This document shows, piece after piece, positions 1 to 8,020 of a DNA stretch of 57,648 nucleotides. The stretch comes from Kiritimatiellia bacterium. GTDB taxonomy: Bacteria > Verrucomicrobiota > Kiritimatiellia > RFP12 > UBA1067. The notes under the pieces were generated by a model. That model ran no database searches. It was given only the letters and a program-made list of their open reading frames with translations, and was not told the origin of the DNA. The position numbers and the translations under genes were made by a program. Numbering within the stretch: position 1 is the first letter of the stretch; each line of letters opens with the position of its first letter. Location: the NCBI GenBank assembly GCA_028700415.1, contig JAQVSS010000005.1, positions 1-57,648 on the forward strand, read 5' to 3'.

Positions 1-989
1 TCGATGATATCGAAGCCGTTCCCCGTCTCGATCAGAAAATCCATTTCCAACCCGCTTTGGTCGCGCCAGAAATAAAAGGTTCGCCCCGTGTCACAGGCGA
101 GGTCTTTCTTCATGAGTTCAACGAGCACCCAATTTTCAAACAACGGGCCGCGCAGGGGGTGACTCGACAAATCATCCGCCGACCGGAGGCCCAGCAGACG
201 GCAGGCCAGCCCGGTGTCGTAAAAATACAGTTTCGGGGTCTTGATGATTCGCTTACGGAAATTCGTGTGATAGGGATTGAGCCGGAACGCGATAAAACCC
301 GCCTCCAGCACGCTCAGCCATGCGGCGGCGGTCTTCTGGTCAATGCCGCAGTCCGCCCCGAGGCGATTCTGGCTGACCAGTTGCCCGGACGAACCCGCGC
401 ACAGCCGGATGAACTGACGGAATTGCGCCTGGTCCTGAATCTGCTTGAGTTGCTGGACATCCCGTTCGATGTAGGTCTCAATATACGCGTTCAACCAATG
501 CACCGGCGAAACCGGCGAACTGAAGAGCGCCGGATACCCGCCCTTAAACACCGCATCCCAGACGGACCGGCTTCCCGCCGCCGCCGTTTTCAACTCAAAT
601 TCGGCAAGCGGCAGCAAATGAATATGCGCGATACGCCCCGCCAACGACTGTGTGATGCCCGCTTTAAGCGAAAACTGCTGCGACCCGGTGAGGATGTACT
701 GGCCATGCTTTGACGACTGGTCAAGGATCCCCTGAAGGTAGGAGAACAGGCGAGGCACCCGCTGAATCTCGTCGAGAATGGCCCCCTTCGGAAATTGCGC
801 AAGGAAGGCGCGTGGATCCGACAGGGCAAAATCGCGCACATCCGGATCTTCAAGCGTGACATAAGCCTTTTTAGGGAATGCCTGCCGCGCCAGCGTCGTC
901 TTGCCGGATTGGCGGGGCCCGGTAATCGCCAGCGCCTTAAACTCACGCGAAAAGGCGAGCGCCTTTTTTTGGATCAAGCGTGAAATCAT
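1..989 (-). CDS. AAA+ ATPase, DUF4143-type ATP-binding protein (C-terminus cut by window edge)
   Basis: Absent from the ORF track because it runs off the window. Hand translation of the minus strand from ATG 989-987 gives MISRLIQKKALAFSREFKALAITGPRQSGKTTLARQAFPKKAYVTLEDPDVRDF... with Walker A GPRQSGKTT. Further on, in frame, is ...NPYHTNFRKRIIKTPKLYFYDTGLACRLLG..., typical of the DUF4143 region. The listed + ORF 57..713 is its antisense shadow. Confidence 0.8.
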   Translation of the reverse strand, partial: MISRLIQKKALAFSREFKALAITGPRQSGKTTLARQAFPKKAYVTLEDPDVRDFALSDPRAFLAQFPKGAILDEIQRVPRLFSYLQGILDQSSKHGQYILTGSQQFSLKAGITQSLAGRIAHIHLLPLAEFELKTAAAGSRSVWDAVFKGGYPALFSSPVSPVHWLNAYIETYIERDVQQLKQIQDQAQFRQFIRLCAGSSGQLVSQNRLGADCGIDQKTAAAWLSVLEAGFIAFRLNPYHTNFRKRIIKTPKLYFYDTGLACRLLGLRSADDLSSHPLRGPLFENWVLVELMKKDLACDTGRTFYFWRDQSGLEMDFLIETGNGFDII

Positions 990-1008
990 CGGATCTCCGT
1001 TTAGTGTG

Positions 1009-1029
1009 ATTAGGAATTTGATTCCTAAT
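1009..1029. promoter_or_regulatory. Perfect 9-3-9 inverted repeat ATTAGGAAT-TTG-ATTCCTAAT, 20 nt upstream of the ATPase start codon
   Basis: Read directly. It lies in the AT-richer divergent intergenic region between the ATPase (-) and kinase (+) genes. Operator-like or 5'-UTR hairpin. Confidence 0.4.
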
Positions 1030-1135
1030 TTAACAAAACACGGTTACCCAGTCAAGGGGACGATGTTTGCTGAGTGCAGACAGAATTGCGGCCTCCCCCC
1101 TTTTTTCAAAAGAGGCCTGACTTTTTGGTGTCACT

Positions 1136-3634
1136 TTGTTACAGTTCAAATACTCTAAATGGGATGCGATGGCGCGAGGCCTCGAAATGGAAGAACGATT
1201 GAATACTGACAACACCGTGGCTGGATCGAGAACCGAAGCGGCGACCATGGCGACGCGATGCGGTTTGGGCGATGCGGTCACGCTGCCAACGGGCGCCTCA
1301 AGCCGCTTGGGGCAGATCGACCGGTATGCGTTGCTGAGGGAATTGGGAGGGGGCGGTTTCGGGGTGGTGTATCTTGCCCGGGACACCGTCGCCGGCATGG
1401 AGGTGGCGGTAAAAGGCCTGCCGCCCATGGTCAGGAACAACGCTGAAGAGCTGGAGCGCATCCGCGAGAATTTTGTGCTCGTCAGCCGCCTGTACCATCC
1501 GAACATCGCGCCGGCGTTGGTGTTGCACCAAGCACACGAGGTCTCGTATGCGGACGACCATGTCCGGCAAGCCCTGCGGGTCTTGCCCGGCGATTATCTG
1601 ATGGTGATGGCCTATGCGCCGGGGGTCACCTTGAACACGTGGCGCCGGCAGTTCCCCGAAGGGAAGGTTCCGGTGCGGCAGGCGCTCGAGGTTTGCCGGC
1701 AAATCGCTTCGGCGCTCGATTACGCGCACGGCGAGAAGATCATCCACCGGGATGTCAAGCCGTCGAATATTGTGGCGGAAACCCTGGGGGATGGGACCGT
1801 GCGCTGCCGCGTTCTCGACTTCGGGCTGGCCGCCGAAATCCATTCCAGCCTGAGCCGCGTCTCCTCGGAGACCTTTGACACGTCGGGGACGCGGCCCTAT
1901 ATGGCGCCCGAGCAGTGGCAGGGGAAACGGCAAGGGCCGCAGACGGACCAGTATGCGTTGGCGGTTCTTTTTTATGAACTGGTCGGCGGCTCGGTTCCGT
2001 TCGCTCCGGCCTTTGCGACGGGTGATGCGGTCATCATGGTGAACGTTGTGACGCAGCAGAAGCCGGAACCGCTGCCGCAACTTTCTCCGGCTCAGAACGG
2101 GGCGCTGTTGAAAGGGATGGCGAAAGAATCGGCGAACCGTTTCGCCACCTGCGGTGAACTTGTCGCGGCGCTGAACGGTCCGCAAGACGAAGAAAAGAAG
2201 ACGGCGCGTTACGCAAGGGGCGTGAGAGCCGTCGTGATCGCATCGGGGGTGGTTCTGCTGGCGGCCGCTTTTGGCGTGGGTGTCCAGGCGTTTCTGCGCG
2301 CGGCGAGAACGAAAGCCCAGCTTCAGCAGCCCCCGCCTGTGAGGCCGGTGGTAATAAACGGGGTGAAAAAGCCTTTGCCGGTCAAAGTTGAGGCCAAAGA
2401 GGGGCAAGCGCCGCGGGCGGATGGCGTCCAGACCGGTGCGCATCCCGCTGTCGAAATCATTTCGCCTCCGCCGAAGAAGAGTGCCGCGTCGGTTGAGCCC
2501 CAGCCTCCGGTCAAGGCGGAAACGGTGAAAATTCCGGTTGTCTCCGTCACGAACGCCGTTGTGCCTTCGCCGCCTCCGGCGGTGGGGGAGGCCGATGATG
2601 TGTACAGCGGGCTTGTGAAAAACATGGAAGCGGGCTTCCCGTCCGGCTGGGATAAGCCGGTCCGGATTGGGGTTGGGGATTTCTTTAGCGGTGAGACGCG
2701 CCTCATGTCCGCCTATTCCGGGGTTCTGCGGAAAGAGCTGCAGGGGCTTCTCGCCAAGAACAGCCGGTTCCAGCTGGTTTCCGGGGAACGGCTCGCGGCC
2801 CTGCTTGTGGACGGGCACTCGTTGGATCAGCGCGTTTTGGAGGCGGGCGCGGAGGCTGTCCCCGCCCCGTCCGGCGGGCTTGACGCGGTTTTACGGGGAA
2901 GATTCGCAAGGAATGGCGATGAGATAAAGATCAGCGGCGAGGTCGTTTGGCTGACACACGGGAAGGTCGCGAAAGTCGATGTCGCGAGTTCCGCCAAAAA
3001 GATCATGTCCCGTCTCTGGCCGGAATCGGAGCTTAAGCAGATCGGCGCAATGATCCGGTTGGCAGACTTGATGATGCCGCAAAACGAGGCTGGAAGCCTT
3101 AAAAGTCTTGCGGAGATCGAGGCGCGCGCAAAGAAGGTGCCGCATGATTTTGATATCCGGTTGGTGACCGCCGATGCGCGGCGGGACTATGCCGCAGGGG
3201 AAGAATGCCGCTACCGGTTTTCCAGTTCCTGCGATTGTCATGTGGCGGTGTTGTGTCACCAGGTCGACGGCACGTCGGTGGTGTTGTTCCCGAACAAATG
3301 GAGTCAGGAGACTTGGGTGCCGGCGGGTAAGGTGGCCGATATCCCCGGCGCCGCGAAACGGGGTTTCCAGATCGTGGTCAGCCCCCCGTTTGGAGCCGAT
3401 GTCGTGCAGGCGATTGCCTGTACCACGCGGAGTGCCCTGCACCGGCTGGTTGCGGAAGTGTCGTCGCGCGCTGCGCCCCAACAGGCGTTCGGCGTTGTGC
3501 CGCGCGGGGTGTTCACCCGGGGGTTGGACGACAGCCTTAACAACCTTGCCGCACCGCCAAACGGCTCAGAAGCTGTTCGCTGGTCTGAAGTGCGGCTTGT
3601 GATTTGCACGTATCCCCGTTTCATTGACCGATAA
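1136..3634 (+). CDS. Transmembrane Hanks-type Ser/Thr protein kinase with Pro-rich linker, periplasmic alpha/beta (FlgO/LpoB-like) region and C-terminal DUF4384-like domain
   Basis: ORF track 832 aa. Kinase motifs GGGGFGVVY, EVAVK, HRDVKPSN, DFG, YMAPE. One TM segment (AVVIASGVVLLAAAFGVGV). Pro-rich spacer. C-terminal block CDCHVAVLCHQVDGTSVVLFPNKWSQETWVPAGKV resembles DUF4384. True start may be an internal Met (MEERL at 1187 follows GAGG; MATRC at 1247). Confidence 0.9.
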   Translation: MLQFKYSKWDAMARGLEMEERLNTDNTVAGSRTEAATMATRCGLGDAVTLPTGASSRLGQIDRYALLRELGGGGFGVVYLARDTVAGMEVAVKGLPPMVRNNAEELERIRENFVLVSRLYHPNIAPALVLHQAHEVSYADDHVRQALRVLPGDYLMVMAYAPGVTLNTWRRQFPEGKVPVRQALEVCRQIASALDYAHGEKIIHRDVKPSNIVAETLGDGTVRCRVLDFGLAAEIHSSLSRVSSETFDTSGTRPYMAPEQWQGKRQGPQTDQYALAVLFYELVGGSVPFAPAFATGDAVIMVNVVTQQKPEPLPQLSPAQNGALLKGMAKESANRFATCGELVAALNGPQDEEKKTARYARGVRAVVIASGVVLLAAAFGVGVQAFLRAARTKAQLQQPPPVRPVVINGVKKPLPVKVEAKEGQAPRADGVQTGAHPAVEIISPPPKKSAASVEPQPPVKAETVKIPVVSVTNAVVPSPPPAVGEADDVYSGLVKNMEAGFPSGWDKPVRIGVGDFFSGETRLMSAYSGVLRKELQGLLAKNSRFQLVSGERLAALLVDGHSLDQRVLEAGAEAVPAPSGGLDAVLRGRFARNGDEIKISGEVVWLTHGKVAKVDVASSAKKIMSRLWPESELKQIGAMIRLADLMMPQNEAGSLKSLAEIEARAKKVPHDFDIRLVTADARRDYAAGEECRYRFSSSCDCHVAVLCHQVDGTSVVLFPNKWSQETWVPAGKVADIPGAAKRGFQIVVSPPFGADVVQAIACTTRSALHRLVAEVSSRAAPQQAFGVVPRGVFTRGLDDSLNNLAAPPNGSEAVRWSEVRLVICTYPRFIDR

Positions 3635-3698
3635 CTTTAGTGCCTTACAAACCAACAACCACGATAAAAAACAAGTTGTTTGCGAGAATTCATTGGAA

Positions 3699-3763
3699 CC
3701 ACGAAAGACACGGAATAACACGAAAGGGAACAGTCATTTTCGTGTTTTTTGTGTGTTTCGTGG
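3699..3763 (+). repeat. Long imperfect hairpin (about 26-bp stem, 11-nt loop) 65 nt downstream of the kinase stop
   Basis: Arms are ccacgaaagacacggaataacacgaaa and tttcgtgttttttgtgtgtttcgtgg. Hand pairing gives 1 mismatch, 1 bulge and 2 G-U pairs that only work for + strand RNA. No clean U-tract follows. Confidence 0.6.
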
Positions 3764-3799
3764 TTAATCCCGGTTGCGGTGTCGCGTTAGGTTGGGATG

Positions 3800-3882
3800 A
3801 GGATTACGATTAAGAGTACGATTAGGATTAAGATGGAACGGCTACTTTCATAATCGTAATCTTTATCCTAATCTTAATCGGC
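3800..3882. repeat. Low-complexity imperfect inverted repeat built from GATTA/CGATTA units
   Basis: The outer arm cgattaag (3807-3814) pairs with cttaatcg (3873-3880). Inner arms attaggat / atcctaat and aagat / atctt can pair around bulges. Confidence 0.5.
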
Positions 3883-3964
3883 TCCCTCTTGCGGGCTTCT
3901 GCCGCTTGACCCTAGTCAGCGGAACGGGGATGCGCCCGAATTGCTGCTGCGCGGCGTTAATCCG

Positions 3965-3993
3965 TTGACATGTATTCGGGTTGATGTTATTTT
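3965..3993 (+). promoter_or_regulatory. Sigma70-like promoter TTGACA-17-TATTTT for the lipoprotein/caspase operon
   Basis: TTGACA at 3965-3970, a 17-nt spacer, TATTTT at 3988-3993. It sits in an AT-rich patch about 100 nt upstream of the 4091 ATG, which has a GAGGA RBS. Confidence 0.5.
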
Positions 3994-4090
3994 TACGGCA
4001 TAAACTTTAATCCGTCATTATGTTTGGCGGCATCAAAGTGCAACGGTTAAGGTGTAGGGTAAACGTCTAAAAAGAAACGAGGATCAACAA

Positions 4091-4498
4091 ATGAACAAGG
4101 TCACCTCTCTCTGTCTCGCGGCGATCACGGCTGTCTCGCTGACGGGATGCGTGGGTTATAGGAACAGTGTTGCCCAGGGAAATCTGGTGCTAGACATCAA
4201 CACCACGGCGACCTATGACGTCATCGGAGACGCGAAGGGAACCGCGACAGGCGCGACGCTGTTCGGCTTCATTCCGATTGGCGGCGAGAACAAGGGCGGA
4301 TCGATTGGGGCGAGCGGAATGATGATGCTTGGCCCGGTCGAGCAGGCGGCGATTTATAACGCCATCGAGTCTGTGCCAACGGCAGATTCCCTCATGTGGC
4401 CGCGTTTCCAGGTGGAAGTGGCTAATTATATCGTCTATTCCGAAAAGACGGTAACCGTGAAGGGCAAAGCGATCCGCTTCAATCCTTCTGCGAAATGA
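4091..4498 (+). CDS. Small lipoprotein (possibly TRL-like family), paralog 1
   Basis: 135 aa. Signal peptide with lipobox LTGC. RBS GAGGA. The C-terminal 18 aa NYIVYSEKTVTVKGKAIR are identical to the neighbouring paralog despite 8 synonymous nucleotide differences, which indicates purifying selection. TRL-like assignment is tentative. Confidence 0.8.
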   Translation: MNKVTSLCLAAITAVSLTGCVGYRNSVAQGNLVLDINTTATYDVIGDAKGTATGATLFGFIPIGGENKGGSIGASGMMMLGPVEQAAIYNAIESVPTADSLMWPRFQVEVANYIVYSEKTVTVKGKAIRFNPSAK

Positions 4499-4557
4499 CC
4501 TTGATCGGGTTCCCGCAGGGATGATTCTCTACGGAACTTTCTTTCAAAGGAGTCGAA

Positions 4558-5052
4558 ATGAAGTTTGAATGCGGATGGATGGCCGTATTCTTGGCGCTGG
4601 CGGTTTGTGCGGGGTGTGTCGGTTACAGGAGTTCCGCTCCGGAAGCCTGCATGCCCCTCAAGAACACCAAAACCACGGCAAGTTTTGATGTGATTGGGAA
4701 TGCCGAGGGAAGCGCGTCGGGCGCAACGCTGTTCGGGTTCATCGCGATAGGCGGTGAGCGTAAAAGCGGACGGTTGGGTTCGATTCCGACAGACGAGAGG
4801 CAGGTCGACGGTAAGAAAGTGGTTAGCACCATCTTATTCCCGCCGGCACTGCTGTATTGGTGGAAGACTTCCTCGTCCGCGATGGATCCCGTTGAGCAGA
4901 CCGCGCTCTTCAACGCGATCGAGTCAGTCCCGACGGCGGATATGCTTCTGTTGCCGAGGTATCACGTCGAACGTTCCAATTACATCGTCTATTCCGAGAA
5001 AACGGTGACGGTGAAAGGGAAAGCGATCCGGTTGAACAAGTCTGCGAACTGA
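4558..5052 (+). CDS. Small lipoprotein, paralog 2 (carries an internal insertion of about 30 aa)
   Basis: 164 aa. Lipobox CAGC. Strong RBS AAGGAG. Shares GATLFGFI.IGGE, PVEQ.A..NAIESVPTAD and NYIVYSEKTVTVKGKAIR blocks with 4091..4498. Confidence 0.8.
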   Translation: MKFECGWMAVFLALAVCAGCVGYRSSAPEACMPLKNTKTTASFDVIGNAEGSASGATLFGFIAIGGERKSGRLGSIPTDERQVDGKKVVSTILFPPALLYWWKTSSSAMDPVEQTALFNAIESVPTADMLLLPRYHVERSNYIVYSEKTVTVKGKAIRLNKSAN

Positions 5053-5060
5053 ACGATAGT

Positions 5061-5092
5061 ACGCTTCCGGGGCGTCTGCCCCGGAAGCGTTT
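5061..5092 (+). terminator. Strong GC hairpin (13-bp stem, GUCU tetraloop) between lipoprotein 2 and the caspase gene; partial terminator, attenuator or mRNA stabiliser
   Basis: acgcttccggggc-gtct-gccccggaagcgt pairs perfectly and is followed by only about 3 T. It ends 6 nt before the caspase ATG. Confidence 0.5.
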
Positions 5093-5097
5093 CCCCT

Positions 5098-6750
5098 ATG
5101 AAAACACAAGCGCGTCTCTTTATCGCACGGATGGTTCTCCTGTCCGCGGTGGCATTCGTGGGCGGGTGTTCGACCGTCAACAGCACGACGTTTACGCAAG
5201 GCGCGATTCAGTCGGGGCGCAAAAAAAGCGCGGCTGTCGCGCAGGATGGGGAAGGCCGTAAAGGGACGCTGGGGGTCGTTCACGTGCGTTGCTTTACAGA
5301 ATCGCGCGGCCGGAATCATCAGGAGAGTCATAACCTTTGGCTTGCGTATATCCCGATCGCGTGTGTGGGCACGTATTGGGAACGCCCGGATTGGCTCCTC
5401 TGGGACCCAAACCGTTCGGCGTACAAGCCCGTCGGCCTCGATATGGCCGAGGCGCTGTGCCTGGAGTTGGAAGAAACCGGGCTGTTCAATAAAGTCATGC
5501 GCCCGGACGAAGAGGGTTTTGCGGACTGGATCATTGAAGGCGATGTGCAGAAGTTGACCTATGAGATGCGCCCGCATCTCTGCGGCGGCTCCATTCTCCT
5601 GGCCCCCTTTCTCGGGACATTGGGCTTGCCCATGGGAACCTGGTCGGTGGATCAGAAGGTCTGCCTGAAGGTCAAGGCTGCAGCCGACGCCTCGACGCTT
5701 TTCGAAAAGACCGTCGAGACGCATTCGGATGGGCTGATCGGGGCGTGTTACGGGGGCAACCCCATGCAGTACGGGTATCCTTACGGACAAGCGATGGGAC
5801 CGGTCGTGTCCGGGTTGCTTTCGGAATTGCCGGGAAAGCTTGCCGCCGCGCGGAAGACGCTCCCGCCTGCCGGCGGGCTGGCAAAGGCCGCCGGCAAACC
5901 GCCGGTTGCGCCAACGGTTTCCGCGCCTCCCCCAGCCGTTTTGATCCCCCAAGTTTCAACGCGGCCCGGTATCTGTTGGGCCGTGGTGATCGGCATTTCC
6001 GCCTATAAAGATTCCAGGATTCCGGCCCTCCGGTATGCGGCCAGTGATGCGCGGGCATTCTATCACTGGCTGGTCAATCCGCAGGGGGGGCGCTATGCTC
6101 CCGCCAACGTCAAACTGCTGCTGGACGGGGATGCGACGGGTGTCAATATCCGGCAGGCCCTTTTCGACTGGCTGCAACAGGCGGTCGCCGAGGATCAGGT
6201 GACGATTTATTTTGCCGGGCACGGCTCGCCGGATTCACCGGACTCGTCGTCCAATCTTTTTCTGCTCCCCTACGACACGGATTACAGCCGGATTTCTTCA
6301 ACCGCATTTCCCATGTGGGATGTGGAGACCGCGCTGAAACGGTATGTCCGCGCGAAACGGGTGGTCGTGATCGCGGATGCGTGCCATGCGGCGGGGGTGG
6401 GTGAAGGCTTCGATATCGCGCGGCGCTCGGGCCGCGGCATGACCGTTAATCCGATCGACGTGGGCTTGGAGAACCTTGCGAATGTGGGTGAAGGCACCTG
6501 TGTGATCAGCGCCTCGAGCGGAAGCCAAACGTCTCAGGAAGGGGCAAAGTGGGGGGGAGGATACGGCGTCTTCACGTATTTCCTCCTGCAGGGGCTGAAC
6601 GGGCAGGCGGATTTTCCGCGCGACGGGCGGATCACGCTGGGGAAACTCACCCAATACGTTTCTGAACAGGTGCGGCGGGCGACCCGCAACGCGCAAACCC
6701 CCATCGTCTCCGGCCGGTACGACCCGGCCTGGCTCATTGCGCACCCCTGA
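5098..6750 (+). CDS. Lipoprotein-anchored caspase-fold protease (peptidase C14 / orthocaspase-like) with unknown N-terminal domain and Pro-rich linker
   Basis: 550 aa. Signal peptide with lipobox VGGC. C-terminal domain WAVVIGISAYKD...ALRYAASDA has the catalytic dyad context YFAGHGSPD (His) and VVIADACHAAG (Cys). Confidence 0.85.
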   Translation: MKTQARLFIARMVLLSAVAFVGGCSTVNSTTFTQGAIQSGRKKSAAVAQDGEGRKGTLGVVHVRCFTESRGRNHQESHNLWLAYIPIACVGTYWERPDWLLWDPNRSAYKPVGLDMAEALCLELEETGLFNKVMRPDEEGFADWIIEGDVQKLTYEMRPHLCGGSILLAPFLGTLGLPMGTWSVDQKVCLKVKAAADASTLFEKTVETHSDGLIGACYGGNPMQYGYPYGQAMGPVVSGLLSELPGKLAAARKTLPPAGGLAKAAGKPPVAPTVSAPPPAVLIPQVSTRPGICWAVVIGISAYKDSRIPALRYAASDARAFYHWLVNPQGGRYAPANVKLLLDGDATGVNIRQALFDWLQQAVAEDQVTIYFAGHGSPDSPDSSSNLFLLPYDTDYSRISSTAFPMWDVETALKRYVRAKRVVVIADACHAAGVGEGFDIARRSGRGMTVNPIDVGLENLANVGEGTCVISASSGSQTSQEGAKWGGGYGVFTYFLLQGLNGQADFPRDGRITLGKLTQYVSEQVRRATRNAQTPIVSGRYDPAWLIAHP

Positions 6751-6774
6751 GGGCGCGGGCGCTTTCCCGTCCCG

Positions 6775-7896
6775 TCACACGTATCGCCGTTCCACGCGGT
6801 TGCCGAACGAGCAGATGATCTCGTAAGGATGGGTGTTCTTAAGCGCGGCCCAGTCCTCGACCGTTAGGGCGTGGAGGCCCTCGCCGCCGAGACAGACCGC
6901 CACGTCGCCGACCGCGGCGTCGGGCACGCTTTCGAGCGAGACGGTGGTGTAGTCCATGGAGAGGCGCCCCAGCACGGGGCAGGGAATGCCTCGGATGAGC
7001 ACGTAACCGCGGTTCGAGAGCGCGAGCGGCAGGCCGTCCGCATAGCCGGCGGAGACCGTGCCCACGCGGGTCGGGCGGTGAAGCCGGTAGGTGTGGCCGT
7101 ACCCGATGCCGGTGCCCGCGGGCAGGGTCCGGATGGCGGTCAGTCGCGTTTTGAGCGTGAGCACCGGCTTCACCTGCAAGATGCGTTTGCCGGCAGAGTC
7201 GAACGAGCCGTGAAGGTTGATGCCGGTGCGGACGACGTTGAACGGGGGTTGGCAGGCGCGCGGGAAATTGTTGATCGCGTCGCTGTTCGCGATGTGGCGT
7301 TTGGCGAACGTGATGCCGTCGCGCGCGAAGTCGGCGAGGATGTCACAGAAAAGATCCATCTGGCGGTTGGTCAGCTCCGAGCCGGTTTCATAGGCGAAGG
7401 GAAAGTGCGAGAAGATGCCTTCGCGGTGCAGGCCGGGGAGTGTGCGGGTCTTGCGGATGACGTCGGGCGCTTCGCTGGCAAGGATGCCGAGGCGGCCCAT
7501 GCCCGTGTCGAGCTTGAAGTGGACGGTGGCGGTTTTGCCGAGCCGCAGGGCGGCTCCGCTGATGAGCTGGGCGGTGGGGAAATCGGTCACGGGCAGGATC
7601 ACGCCCGCGGCAACCATGGGCTCAATCTCGTCCGGCAGGATGCTGCTGAGGATCTGGACCGGCTGGCCGAGCGGCAGCAGTTGGAGGGCTTCGTGGGGTT
7701 CGGCCACGCCGAAGCCGGATGCGCCCGCTTTCGCGAGCGCCTGGGCAATGGGCAAGACGCCGAGGCCGTAGGCGTTGGCTTTGAGCACGGTGAGCACATC
7801 TGCGGGCGCGACCGCGTCGGCGATCTTGCGGTAATTCCGGGTCAGGGTGTCGAGGCTGATCTCCAGCCAGACTCGTCGGGGAATCGTATCATTCAT
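6775..7896 (-). CDS. alr: Alanine racemase
   Basis: PLP-lysine motif VLKANAYGLG and full-length Alr-like sequence. Start is placed at MNDTIPRRVWLEISL (ATG 7896) rather than the ORF-track upstream Met at 8022. Confidence 0.9.
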   Translation of the reverse strand: MNDTIPRRVWLEISLDTLTRNYRKIADAVAPADVLTVLKANAYGLGVLPIAQALAKAGASGFGVAEPHEALQLLPLGQPVQILSSILPDEIEPMVAAGVILPVTDFPTAQLISGAALRLGKTATVHFKLDTGMGRLGILASEAPDVIRKTRTLPGLHREGIFSHFPFAYETGSELTNRQMDLFCDILADFARDGITFAKRHIANSDAINNFPRACQPPFNVVRTGINLHGSFDSAGKRILQVKPVLTLKTRLTAIRTLPAGTGIGYGHTYRLHRPTRVGTVSAGYADGLPLALSNRGYVLIRGIPCPVLGRLSMDYTTVSLESVPDAAVGDVAVCLGGEGLHALTVEDWAALKNTHPYEIICSFGNRVERRYV

Positions 7897-8020
7897 CTTC
7901 ACACCTTGCCGCCTGTACGGCCAACAGCCTGAACGTTCAGACAGGCGTAAAATAGCAAAGCGGATACGGAGGTTCAAGGTGGAACACGGCACAATCCGTC
8001 CGTGCAGAAGCGGGGAAAAC

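Noticed and set aside
57-713. 218-aa + strand ORF at the left edge
   Set aside because: It is antisense to the well-supported DUF4143 AAA+ ATPase (Walker A and DUF4143 motifs on the minus strand). Its composition is Arg/Pro-rich, typical of a high-GC shadow frame.
1298-2818. 506-aa minus-strand ORF opposite the kinase. Similar long antisense ORFs: 6871..7932, 7937..9190, 9136..10476, 14334..15245, 15378..16649, 19814..20866, 21319..22992, 35662..37344, 40924..43122, 46596..47459, 48103..49173, 49303..51126, 51316..52599, 56776..57588
   Set aside because: All lie opposite genes with clear family motifs. All are extremely rich in Arg, Pro, Gly and His, and none has a recognisable motif. Long stop-free antisense frames are expected at this GC content.
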